DNA from: Patescibacteria group bacterium
GTDB taxonomy: Bacteria; Patescibacteriota; Minisyncoccia; Phycocordibacterales; PALSA-1337
Assembly (NCBI GenBank): GCA_038061795.1
Contig: JBBTYL010000003.1
Location: 64,041-128,040, forward strand
Reading direction: 5' to 3'
DNA: 64,000 nucleotides
Part shown: one piece after another, positions 19,158-27,323 of the stretch
Position numbering within the stretch: position 1 is the stretch's first letter
Layout: each line of letters opens with the position of its first letter
The notes under the pieces: generated by a model
Told to the model about the DNA's origin: nothing
The model's input: the letters and a program-made list of their open reading frames with translations, nothing else
The model's database searches: none
Translations under genes and position numbers: made by a program

Positions 19158-20141
19158 TTATACCCCGAAATTCTTTACCGAATAAAGATCCTCCGTATTT
19201 TCTTCTGCCACAATCTCCGCCGGAGTACGGTCATCAAGCGTGTCTGCTGAAACCTGTATCGGCGTAGCTTCTGATATTTTTGCTGCGCTCGTATCTGCAA
19301 CAACTGCAGCTTGCTGCGAAAGCCTCTGTAAAAGATTCTGGATATCCTGATTATCAAAGAAATCGATCATGATTCTTCCTCCATTTTCTTTCTTTTCTAT
19401 ATACACTTTTGTACCAAGAGTATCCTTAAATTTCTGTTCAAGTTCAGCAAGTGCGGGGTCGATAAGAGACTTCTTGCGCACACGATCCTTCGCAGTATTT
19501 CGAGCAAAAGCCTCTGCTTCTCGCACTGTAATCCTCTTTAGGACAATTTCTTTAAATAGAACCATTTGCTCCTCCTTTCTATCTGTAAGCATAAGAAGTG
19601 GACGAGTATGCCCTTCTGACAATTTTCCTTCAGAAAGCGCAGTAAGGATTTCTTCAGGCAAATCGAGGATTCGCAAAGTGTTCGAAACATATTCGCGGCT
19701 CTTTCCGACTTTTTCTGCAATCTGAACATGCTTCATGCCGAATTCGCTCGCAAGACGAGAGAAGGCACGTGCACGATCAACAGAATTGATATCCTCTCTC
19801 TGAAGATTCTCGATGATAGCAAGCTCAAGCTTCATCTTATCGCTCTGGTCGCCGCTGCGGATGAGAGCTGGTACTTGCTGAAGGCCGGCAAGCTTGGAAG
19901 CACGTAGGCGTCGTTCTCCGGCAATGAGCTCATATTCAACTGCAAGGCCTCCATCGTCTTTCGTGAACTCCCTGCGAGTCACTACGAGCGGCTGGAGCAC
20001 GCCGTACATGCGGATGGACTCCGAAAGGTCCTTGAGGCGAGCTTCGTCGAAATCGCGACGAGGCTGGTAGGGATTGGGCTTTATCTTCTCAACTTCAATC
20101 CAAAAAATTGAATCCTCGAAGTAATGTTGGGGTGATGACAT
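19158..20141 (-). CDS. parB: ParB/Spo0J partition protein
   Basis: KIKPNPYQPRRDFD, GVLQPLVV and the HTH region. No parA is adjacent. Confidence 0.9.
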   Translation of the reverse strand: MSSPQHYFEDSIFWIEVEKIKPNPYQPRRDFDEARLKDLSESIRMYGVLQPLVVTRREFTKDDGGLAVEYELIAGERRLRASKLAGLQQVPALIRSGDQSDKMKLELAIIENLQREDINSVDRARAFSRLASEFGMKHVQIAEKVGKSREYVSNTLRILDLPEEILTALSEGKLSEGHTRPLLMLTDRKEEQMVLFKEIVLKRITVREAEAFARNTAKDRVRKKSLIDPALAELEQKFKDTLGTKVYIEKKENGGRIMIDFFDNQDIQNLLQRLSQQAAVVADTSAAKISEATPIQVSADTLDDRTPAEIVAEENTEDLYSVKNFGV

Positions 20142-20199
20142 AAGGCTATTTTAGCACTGCAATTGATTTTGTACAAAAATCTAGTAGACTGAACATATT

Positions 20200-20281
20200 G
20201 CCGAAGTGGCGGAATTGGTATACGCACACGACTCAAAATCGTGCGGGGTAACCCATGAGAGTTCAAGTCTCTCCTTCGGCA
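20200..20281 (+). tRNA. tRNA-Leu(CAA), no encoded CCA
   Basis: Hand fold: acceptor GCCGAAG/CTTCGGC, anticodon arm CACGA-CTCAAAA-TCGTG, long variable arm, T arm GAGAG-TTCAAGT-CTCTC. Confidence 0.9.
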
Positions 20282-20282
20282 C

Positions 20283-21119
20283 ATGAAGACTAATATAGCA
20301 GTGATTGTCGGCCCTACAGCTGTGGGCAAAAGCGACTTTGCCGTTGACTACGCACTCAAGAACAACGGCGAAATAATCTCAGCGGATTCAAGGCAGGTCT
20401 ATAAGGGTCTCGATATAGGTACAGGAAAAATAACAAAGGAAGAAATGAGGGGCGTGCCTCATCACCTTCTCGATGTAGCCAATCCTATCGAAAATTTTAA
20501 TGTTGGGAAATTCAAAGAACTTGCAGAGAAGGCTATAGCTGATATTTCTTCTCGCGGGAAATTGCCGATCATCTGCGGAGGCACTGGCTTCTATATTGAT
20601 GCGGTGGTAAACAACATTACTTACCCCGATGTGCCTCATAATAGAAAACTGCGAGAGGAACTGGAGGAAAAATCGGCATCAGCGCTATTCGAAATATTAA
20701 AAAAACTCGACGCTGATTATGCCATTTCCTTGAATAATTCGGAACAAAATAATCACCAGCGCCTTATTCGCTCTATTGAGATAGCGACGGCTCTCGGCAA
20801 GGTACCAAAAATAGTTGAGAATGAGTCTCATTATGAAATTAAATGGATAAAACTCGAGCTTCCTCCTGAGGAATTGAAACAAAGAATTCACATTCGCCTC
20901 GCTAAGCGTCTCGAAAATGGCATGATTGAGGAAGTGAAAAACCTCCACAAAAACGGCTTGTCGTGGGAACGCATGGAAGAGCTCGGCCTTGAATACAGGT
21001 ACGTCTCGCGATTCCTGCGCAGGCACATTACGAAAGAAGAAATGATAGAACAATTGCAGAACGAAATATGGCATTATGCGAAACGGCAAATTTTGTGGTT
21101 CAAAAAGATACGAAATTGA
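20283..21119 (+). CDS. miaA: tRNA dimethylallyltransferase
   Basis: P-loop IVGPTAVGKS, SADSRQVYKGLDIGT, and HHLLD. Confidence 0.9.
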   Translation: MKTNIAVIVGPTAVGKSDFAVDYALKNNGEIISADSRQVYKGLDIGTGKITKEEMRGVPHHLLDVANPIENFNVGKFKELAEKAIADISSRGKLPIICGGTGFYIDAVVNNITYPDVPHNRKLREELEEKSASALFEILKKLDADYAISLNNSEQNNHQRLIRSIEIATALGKVPKIVENESHYEIKWIKLELPPEELKQRIHIRLAKRLENGMIEEVKNLHKNGLSWERMEELGLEYRYVSRFLRRHITKEEMIEQLQNEIWHYAKRQILWFKKIRN

Positions 21120-21192
21120 CGGAAAGGCTTTTAGTGATAGTATGGTTGGCAGGCGGATTAACCGCAGCGAACACCAAAAACCAGACAAAATA

Positions 21193-21684
21193 ATGAAAGC
21201 TACATTCTTGCGAGAGATTACGGCTGCAGATTCAAACTTACTCAGCCCTGTCGGGTCATCACACGAACCTTTACAAAAAGGCATGTCTGTGGTCAGTGCC
21301 CTTATCTGGCTCAACGAAAAGAAAACGGCCAACTCGCTTAGCATTGCCGATACAAGCAATCATATCGAAGGGGCCGCAATCAAAGCCGAAGAAATCAGCG
21401 CTTTTGACCAAAGGCTTGGCGCGCTTGCCGAGGCCTACATCTTCTGCGTAGACAAGGCACAGAAAGACAAACTCGTGGTGCTTGAAAAAGCAATCCTTGA
21501 TCAGATCCGACTTGTTGACGAATCGGAGGAGGAATTTTCCGACTGGCTCATCACGCTCTTCCATTCTCACATGAGATTTACTGAGGCCATCCGTAGCGCT
21601 ACAGGAAAAAAACTCTGGCAGATTATCGGCTACAAACCAGCATACGTTCAGCCAGCACTTCCGAGCGCCGCAGCGCTTGCCTGA
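21193..21684 (+). CDS. Hypothetical protein (GC-richer segment)
   Basis: ORF taken from the internal ATG at 21193 (MKATFLREI), downstream of the miaA stop. No family recognised. Confidence 0.45.
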   Translation: MKATFLREITAADSNLLSPVGSSHEPLQKGMSVVSALIWLNEKKTANSLSIADTSNHIEGAAIKAEEISAFDQRLGALAEAYIFCVDKAQKDKLVVLEKAILDQIRLVDESEEEFSDWLITLFHSHMRFTEAIRSATGKKLWQIIGYKPAYVQPALPSAAALA

Positions 21685-21713
21685 CCTGCAGATTATCAGT
21701 CTGCTTTCACCTC

Positions 21714-21750
21714 GCCCCTTTCGGATTTCTGGAAGGGGCTTGTCTTTTTA
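21714..21750 (+). terminator. Intrinsic terminator
   Basis: GCCCCTT-loop-AAGGGGC followed by a T-rich tract. Confidence 0.55.
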
Positions 21751-21752
21751 TG

Positions 21753-21788
21753 CAAAACAAAACGCCCCGGTTTGATCCAAGGGCGTCC
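21753..21788 (-). terminator. Intrinsic terminator of the 21808-22488 gene
   Basis: Minus-sense GACGCCC-loop-GGGCGT followed by TTTGTTTT. Confidence 0.55.
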
Positions 21789-21807
21789 TGTTTGAGAGAA
21801 TAATTAA

Positions 21808-22488
21808 TTATTTATTGTCCTCCTTCTCTAGTGCGCTGTATGCGCTAGCTGTGTTCATATACTTGTTAGAGTTTACGACCGCGAGGCTTGAAGCTGTGAC
21901 TGCGGATCGGCAGGCCTTGGTAGTATCCTTGCATCCGATTTCAATGAAGACATTGTTTCCAATATCAGACTTCGCCGGGATCCATGTGGCTACTCCATCA
22001 TTGAGAGTCTTATCGCTGACAGATCGCACAAGCTCGTATCGATTCGGATTGCTTGAAACTTTCTTGATGACATTAACCTTAACGTTGTCAGAAGAGTAGT
22101 TTGATGCAGTCCATTTCAATGCCTGCTTGTTTCCGACTTCGATCGTCTCGCCTCCCTTGTGGCTGGTGAGAGAAAGAAGCGCGTCAGCTGACTTCGAATT
22201 GACTGCAGCCCGAGTCATAGGACCAAAGTATCCCGTAGGGTTGATCTTATTTGACTTCTGGAAAGACTTTACAGCCTCTGAAGTAGCATTGAAGTAATTT
22301 CCTGTAATTTCGCCCTTGAAGTACCCTTCCTGGGAAAGGAACTGCTGGAGATTCTTCACATCGGCAGAATTCCTAGTACCAAACGACAAATCCTTGCTGA
22401 ATTTCGTTGCTGCATGGGCCGTTACTGTGACTGAAAGTCCGAGTACAAGCGCTGCGGCAAGAAAAGCAATCTGTTTTCGTGTATTCAT
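21808..22488 (-). CDS. Secreted protein with a peptidoglycan-binding (PG_binding_1-like) domain
   Basis: Signal peptide, then DVKNLQQFLSQEGYF...SEAVKSFQKSNKINPTGYFGPMT. Confidence 0.7.
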   Translation of the reverse strand: MNTRKQIAFLAAALVLGLSVTVTAHAATKFSKDLSFGTRNSADVKNLQQFLSQEGYFKGEITGNYFNATSEAVKSFQKSNKINPTGYFGPMTRAAVNSKSADALLSLTSHKGGETIEVGNKQALKWTASNYSSDNVKVNVIKKVSSNPNRYELVRSVSDKTLNDGVATWIPAKSDIGNNVFIEIGCKDTTKACRSAVTASSLAVVNSNKYMNTASAYSALEKEDNK

Positions 22489-22520
22489 ACGTATAATTAA
22501 TTATTTTTATTAATAGGCGT

Positions 22521-22548
22521 ATTATACCAGATATAAATATAATGTCAA
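22521..22548 (-). promoter_or_regulatory. Sigma70-type promoter (minus strand)
   Basis: Minus sense reads TTGACA (22548-22543), a 16-nt spacer, then TATAAT (22526-22521). Confidence 0.6.
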
Positions 22549-22605
22549 GTAATCTATTGACATAGGAAAAAAGCGTTGTATTTACTACACGGAATGTGCT
22601 TGTAC

Positions 22606-23412
22606 TTACATTCTCTTCATCCGACAATATTCACTCTTTTCTGTACACAAAACTGAGAAATAATCACTCTCATCTTTAATATTTGAGATCAATAACTTAT
22701 ATGTCTTCAGCTTCTGATCATATGTAAACTCACTAAATTTCCAATTCTCAGGAAGTTTTGGCCAGTCACCAAAATAATTTTCACATATGCGTCCCTGTGA
22801 TACTGGGGTCAATATTTTACTACCATCTTTAACGCACAAAGCAAAAATATGCATTGAGTAATCAAGACTTCTTGCTATGCCAACTGCTCTAGCCTCATCA
22901 GAAAGAAATCTCAAACTATATTCTTCAGGAACACTGGTAGTATTGTTGTCACATTTATTAAAATAATAACCATCAAGGTTTATTTTTTCACAATGGTCAA
23001 CAAGAAATTGAGCTTTAACCTTATTATCAGCCTCTGCAATCTCTTTTCCAATTTGGGCTGTAATAGTAGATAATCCAAAAGCAATTAATATCGATAGAAG
23101 AATTGCAATAGCCGCAGCTCCAAATGCTGAACTATTTTTTATTACCTTAGAAGCAATATATCCGCACAAAGCTCCAACTACTCCCCAAAAAATTATTCCC
23201 ACTATGAATCCAGGACCTTGTGGGTATGTAACAAACATATCTATGCGAAGAAACATCTTATAATCACCCAAAAGATAACCGACAATGATAAGTGGGCGAA
23301 TATAAAATCCCATTATAATCCAACCAACAATAGGAATAATCCCAATGAGTACTGGCACGATTCCAATTAGAAAAAAATTCAAAACGCACCTCTTGAGCAT
23401 TTCATTTTTCAT
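22606..23412 (-). CDS. Hypothetical multi-pass membrane protein (AT-rich)
   Basis: Start moved to 23412 (MKNEMLKR) because the track's N-terminal extension runs through tRNA-Trp. Confidence 0.5.
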   Translation of the reverse strand: MKNEMLKRCVLNFFLIGIVPVLIGIIPIVGWIIMGFYIRPLIIVGYLLGDYKMFLRIDMFVTYPQGPGFIVGIIFWGVVGALCGYIASKVIKNSSAFGAAAIAILLSILIAFGLSTITAQIGKEIAEADNKVKAQFLVDHCEKINLDGYYFNKCDNNTTSVPEEYSLRFLSDEARAVGIARSLDYSMHIFALCVKDGSKILTPVSQGRICENYFGDWPKLPENWKFSEFTYDQKLKTYKLLISNIKDESDYFSVLCTEKSEYCRMKRM

Positions 23413-23457
23413 AACAGAATTATAACACCATTTCTTACTAACAAAACCAAATGTGTG

Positions 23458-23528
23458 CGGGGGATAGAGGAATCGAACCCCTGTCAGAGATTTTGGAGAT
23501 CCCTGTTTTACCACTAAACTAATCCCCC
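23458..23528 (-). tRNA. tRNA-Trp(CCA), no encoded 3' CCA
   Basis: Hand fold: acceptor GGGGGAT/ATCCCCC, anticodon arm GGGAT-CTCCAAA-ATCTC, T arm AGGGG-TTCGATT-CCTCT. Confidence 0.9.
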
Positions 23529-23534
23529 GTAGGG

Positions 23535-24185
23535 CTAAATATAAAGCCTAATGAAGTTTTTAGCAAATGAAAGAATGACTCGGGATAGATGTGAATCAAA
23601 GTATGAAATTCTTGCACAACCTTTATACCCCTCATGAGAATATTTATGTTCACTTTTCTTCATATAAACTGAAAATTGACCTCTGGGCAGATTAATCGCG
23701 TCCGACCATAAATCAAGCGATTCTGACTTATCATGATAATCATGCAAGTGAAGGCATACTTGAAATCTTTTTTTGTCAATCTTAAAGACCTCGCCCAGCA
23801 TGCGTATAAATGCTTTAATCAGTTCAGGATCAGAATTTGTAAATGCAATACCATTATCCTTTTTAAGTCCTTCGCATCTGTACATCATGGTCAATGCGAT
23901 GATTGCGGTATTTTTATCGATTATGATTTTTTCTAAAAGTTTATTTGCCTCCTTTTCAGCAAGAATGAGTCTGTCTAATTTCTTCTTATGGAGTATGTCG
24001 TGACCTCTCGACCTACTTGCTTTTGCCAATGTTTCGATACGATTTTTAGCTTTTACATCTAAAAGTACATGCTTCGTCCATAGAGATACAGTACTTTTTG
24101 AAATACCTAGTTTTTTGGATATTTCACCCAACGAATATCCTAACCCTCTCAATTTGATTGCTTTTTCTTTTTCTACTTTTTTCAT
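23535..24185 (-). CDS. HTH + LAGLIDADG-like (single-motif homing-endonuclease-like) protein, paralog 1
   Basis: N-terminal HTH (GYSLGEISKKLGISKSTVSLW). C-terminal MMYRCEGLKK..IAFTNSDPELIKAFIRMLGEVF resembles the LAGLIDADG_3 layout. Collinear with 28491-29132. Confidence 0.55.
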   Translation of the reverse strand: MKKVEKEKAIKLRGLGYSLGEISKKLGISKSTVSLWTKHVLLDVKAKNRIETLAKASRSRGHDILHKKKLDRLILAEKEANKLLEKIIIDKNTAIIALTMMYRCEGLKKDNGIAFTNSDPELIKAFIRMLGEVFKIDKKRFQVCLHLHDYHDKSESLDLWSDAINLPRGQFSVYMKKSEHKYSHEGYKGCARISYFDSHLSRVILSFAKNFIRLYI

Positions 24186-24265
24186 TGTTTTTCAAATAAG
24201 CTGATAACGCTAAAAAGCCCAGGGTCACCTGAGCAATTTATACATGATTTAGAACAAATTTTTTC

Positions 24266-24421
24266 CTATTTCTTGGCTTCCTTGAAGGTTACGTGCTTTC
24301 GGAGGGCCTTGCTGAATTTCTTGAGCTCGATTTTTCGCTCGACTTTTTTCTTGTTCTTTCGGGTCCAGTATGTTTCGCCCGTTTCCTTGTTCTTAAGCTG
24401 TATAAGTTGAATCTGTGACAT
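24266..24421 (-). CDS. rpmG: 50S ribosomal protein L33
   Basis: 51-aa ORF, below the track cutoff: MSQIQLIQLKNKETGETYWTRKNKKKVERKIELKKFSKALRKHVTFKEAKK. Confidence 0.85.
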   Translation of the reverse strand: MSQIQLIQLKNKETGETYWTRKNKKKVERKIELKKFSKALRKHVTFKEAKK

Positions 24422-24471
24422 AGTTCAGACACTATATCCTATCTTATTTAAAAACGCAAACACGCTTCAGG

Positions 24472-24509
24472 CAAAAGAAAACTGCAGATCCATGGCTAGG
24501 CATCTGCAG
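24472..24509 (-). terminator. Intrinsic terminator of the 24537-25688 gene
   Basis: Minus-sense CTGCAGAT-loop-ATCTGCAG followed by TTTTCTTTT. Confidence 0.6.
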
Positions 24510-24536
24510 TTCGTGATTTTACGAGTTCATGTTGGT

Positions 24537-25688
24537 TTACGGCGTCGCTGCATCATCGCTGCCGTCGAAGGTCTCAGAAGTCTCAGGGATAATGCCTTTG
24601 GGGCCGTCCTGGAAGATCCAAGGATAATCCGAGCGATAGAGATTCAGCGCGATCCCAGATACTGGGCTTGATGCCGCACCAATCACTATGACCTTGTATG
24701 TTTGATAGCCAGTGAGGTTCTCAACCCTGATGCTGTCCGGCGGGGTGCTAGGAACCTTTTTCATGATCAGTTGTGTCATGACGCCGTCGGTTCCAAGTCC
24801 GTGAACTTCAATCCAAGATCCGCCAGCCAAGCCGTAACCGAAGACCTGGACATAATCCTCGCTCTTGGAAACGTGAAGCAAAACGGTTTTTGCATTCTTG
24901 TCGTGGTTGAAGCGCGGGATTACCTGATCAAGCTTGAGCGGACTGAATGTGACCATCCAGTCTTTTTCCGTCATCACCGTCTCGAATGTGCGGTTCGGAA
25001 GCTCAAGGGAGATCCCGATTCCGTCATTCTGGGGCGGATTCGTGCCCGGCGTCGTGCCACTGAACGGAAGCCATCCGAAGATAGTGTTGTTACGCGTATC
25101 AATGAGGTTGAAGCCGGTAGGAGGGCGAAGCGGATCAAATCCGATGATGAATACTCCAAGGCCGGAATCATACCAACCGCTGTAATTTCCATCTTCGCTT
25201 TGGATTTGAGTGTTGTTCGCTGTATGCCCTCCCGTCAATGCGTAAGGGATTTTGGCGTACACGTAGCTCAGGTTGATCATGATCTTTATGTCATCGGTGA
25301 TTTTGAGGACATCCGCACCGAAGTATCCGTAGCGCTTCTGCTGTCCGTCCGCACCATATCCCTCTGCCCGAAGCCAGGCATCTTTCACGGTGCCGGCATA
25401 CGATGGCAGTACTGCGAGCGGGTGGCCGGCATCAATGATGATTTCTTGACCGTTAATACGGAGCTGGGTAATTGCCCAGCGACCGTTGTGGGGCTCAAGG
25501 ATGAATTCCTCCAGAACTTCATTGGTGCCGTCTCCGGTAAACCGGTAATAGACAGACCACATCGTGACGGGCGCCTTCGCGAAGGCGTCATCAGTCTGTT
25601 CAGAGGTAAGATCCGCCGCCTTGAGGACAGAGATTTGGAGTCCGAGCGTGAACAGGGCGAGGAGTGCGAATTGCTTGATGGTTTTCAT
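24537..25688 (-). CDS. Secreted hypothetical protein (GC-rich island)
   Basis: 383 aa with a signal peptide (MKTIKQFALLALFTLGLQISVLKA). No family recognised. A long antisense shadow ORF overlaps it. Confidence 0.6.
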   Translation of the reverse strand: MKTIKQFALLALFTLGLQISVLKAADLTSEQTDDAFAKAPVTMWSVYYRFTGDGTNEVLEEFILEPHNGRWAITQLRINGQEIIIDAGHPLAVLPSYAGTVKDAWLRAEGYGADGQQKRYGYFGADVLKITDDIKIMINLSYVYAKIPYALTGGHTANNTQIQSEDGNYSGWYDSGLGVFIIGFDPLRPPTGFNLIDTRNNTIFGWLPFSGTTPGTNPPQNDGIGISLELPNRTFETVMTEKDWMVTFSPLKLDQVIPRFNHDKNAKTVLLHVSKSEDYVQVFGYGLAGGSWIEVHGLGTDGVMTQLIMKKVPSTPPDSIRVENLTGYQTYKVIVIGAASSPVSGIALNLYRSDYPWIFQDGPKGIIPETSETFDGSDDAATP

Positions 25689-25727
25689 TTTTATTTTCTG
25701 CGTGTAGGTTTCTTTTGTTGTTCGTTG

Positions 25728-26003
25728 TTACTTGTTTTGGGACATTGACGAAGTGTAGTTTACCGAGATTCTGTGGCCGGCTGCAGGATCGAAGCCCATT
25801 TCACTGAGCTGGAGATTCCGAGCCTCCTTCGCAGGATCAGCGTTCGTGGATTCTTCAATCGCGCGAACTGGTTGATTCGTGCTAGCAACTCTGCTGGCGT
25901 CAGTTGGTTTCGCAGCATTCGGCTTCAAACCGGATTTGACGGTAAGCAAACATGCAAAAACTGTGATGATCAGAAGTGCCTTGAGAACGATTTTAGCTTT
26001 CAT
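25728..26003 (-). CDS. Small secreted or membrane-anchored hypothetical protein
   Basis: Taken from the internal ATG at 26003 (MKAKIVLKALLIITVFACLL). Same strand and composition as the downstream 383-aa gene. Confidence 0.45.
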   Translation of the reverse strand: MKAKIVLKALLIITVFACLLTVKSGLKPNAAKPTDASRVASTNQPVRAIEESTNADPAKEARNLQLSEMGFDPAAGHRISVNYTSSMSQNK

Positions 26004-26195
26004 AACTGTATTTTCTGTATTTCCCGCATTCTCCCATTCTCCAACAATCAAGAGACCTCGCACACGCGAGATTCAACATGAACTTGTCAAAGAACGGAAA
26101 GGAGCCTTATCGGCCCAGTTGTTTTAATTCGTTTTGCATACTAACATATTTATATATAAAAGTCAATACGCTGTAAACCGCAAACAGAGTAGAAT

Positions 26196-27323
26196 ATGAT
26201 CATGAAAATAAGGCTCAAGAAACTGCTAAAAAGGCTCGTCCGCGAGGAAACTGACCCCCTCATCACCGTTAAAATTTCAAGAGACGCCCTGCTTCATAAC
26301 CTAGCCCAATTTCAGAAGATCAAGCCTGAAAATAAGATGGCGCCAGTGCTCAAGAGCAATGCCTATGGTCATGGGCTGTTAGAGGTCGCAAGTATCCTTG
26401 AGAACAGGGCTGATTTTTTCGTAATTGATTCTTATTTCGAGGCTCAAGCCTTGCGTAATGAGGGAATCAAGACTCCCCTTCTTATCATCGGATATGTAAG
26501 ACCTGAAACCATTGCCTCTTCAAGACTAAAAAACATATCTTATGCGATTAGTTCTCTTGATACGCTTTTTGCAATAAAATCTCCATGCATAATCCATCTG
26601 AAGATAGATACGGGGATGCATCGGCAAGGAATCCTGCCGGATGAGCTTGATCAAGCCATTGCACACGTGAAGAAAAATCGGAATATTGGGCTTGAGGGGA
26701 TTTGTTCTCATCTTGCAGATGCAGATTCTGCAAACAGCGCATATACGGAAAAACAAATCAGCCTTTGGAACTCAGTTGTTGAAAAAACGAAGAAAGAATT
26801 CCCTTCGATTAAATACGTTCATTTAAGCAACAGCCACGGAAACGCCTTTGCAAAAAAGATTTCAGCGAATGTTTCCCGCCTCGGCATCGGATTGTACGGA
26901 CTTGCCGACATGAAAGATCTGGATCTGAAGCCTGTTTTGGAAATGAGAACGATTCTCACTAACGTGAAACGAATTAAAAAAGGAGATCCTGTCGGCTACA
27001 ACAATACGTTCATTGCACCAAAGGATATGACGCTTGCCACCATCCCTATCGGCTACTACGAGGGGCTCGATCGAAGGCTTTCGAATAAGGGCTGGGTAAA
27101 AATAAAGGGCACTGAGGTACCAATCGTCGGCAGAATAAGCATGAACATTACGACGCTTGATGTCAGCGCAATAAAAGATGCCAAAATCGGCGACGAAGTG
27201 CAGGTCATAAGCCCGATTCAAACGGACAAGAATTCAATCTGCTCTATGACAAGAATCGTGGACGCAATATCCTACGAGATGGTAGTCAGCATACCGAAGG
27301 AAATAAAACGGGAAATAATTTAG
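26196..27323 (+). CDS. alr: Alanine racemase
   Basis: PLP-lysine motif APVLKSNAYGHG and a C-terminal domain containing ISYE. Confidence 0.9.
   Translation: MIMKIRLKKLLKRLVREETDPLITVKISRDALLHNLAQFQKIKPENKMAPVLKSNAYGHGLLEVASILENRADFFVIDSYFEAQALRNEGIKTPLLIIGYVRPETIASSRLKNISYAISSLDTLFAIKSPCIIHLKIDTGMHRQGILPDELDQAIAHVKKNRNIGLEGICSHLADADSANSAYTEKQISLWNSVVEKTKKEFPSIKYVHLSNSHGNAFAKKISANVSRLGIGLYGLADMKDLDLKPVLEMRTILTNVKRIKKGDPVGYNNTFIAPKDMTLATIPIGYYEGLDRRLSNKGWVKIKGTEVPIVGRISMNITTLDVSAIKDAKIGDEVQVISPIQTDKNSICSMTRIVDAISYEMVVSIPKEIKREII

Noticed and set aside
20697-21359. 220-aa minus-strand ORF
   Set aside because: It is antisense to miaA and to the 21193-21684 ORF. It has no signals and a low-complexity translation.
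23413-23514. N-terminal extension of ORF 22606-23514
   Set aside because: The extension is the reverse-strand reading of tRNA-Trp. The start was moved to ATG 23412.
24702-25748. 348-aa plus-strand ORF
   Set aside because: It is antisense to the 383-aa secreted-protein gene inside a GC-rich segment, where long shadow ORFs are expected. The minus-strand gene has a signal peptide and terminator. The plus ORF is Arg-rich low-complexity sequence with no translation signals.
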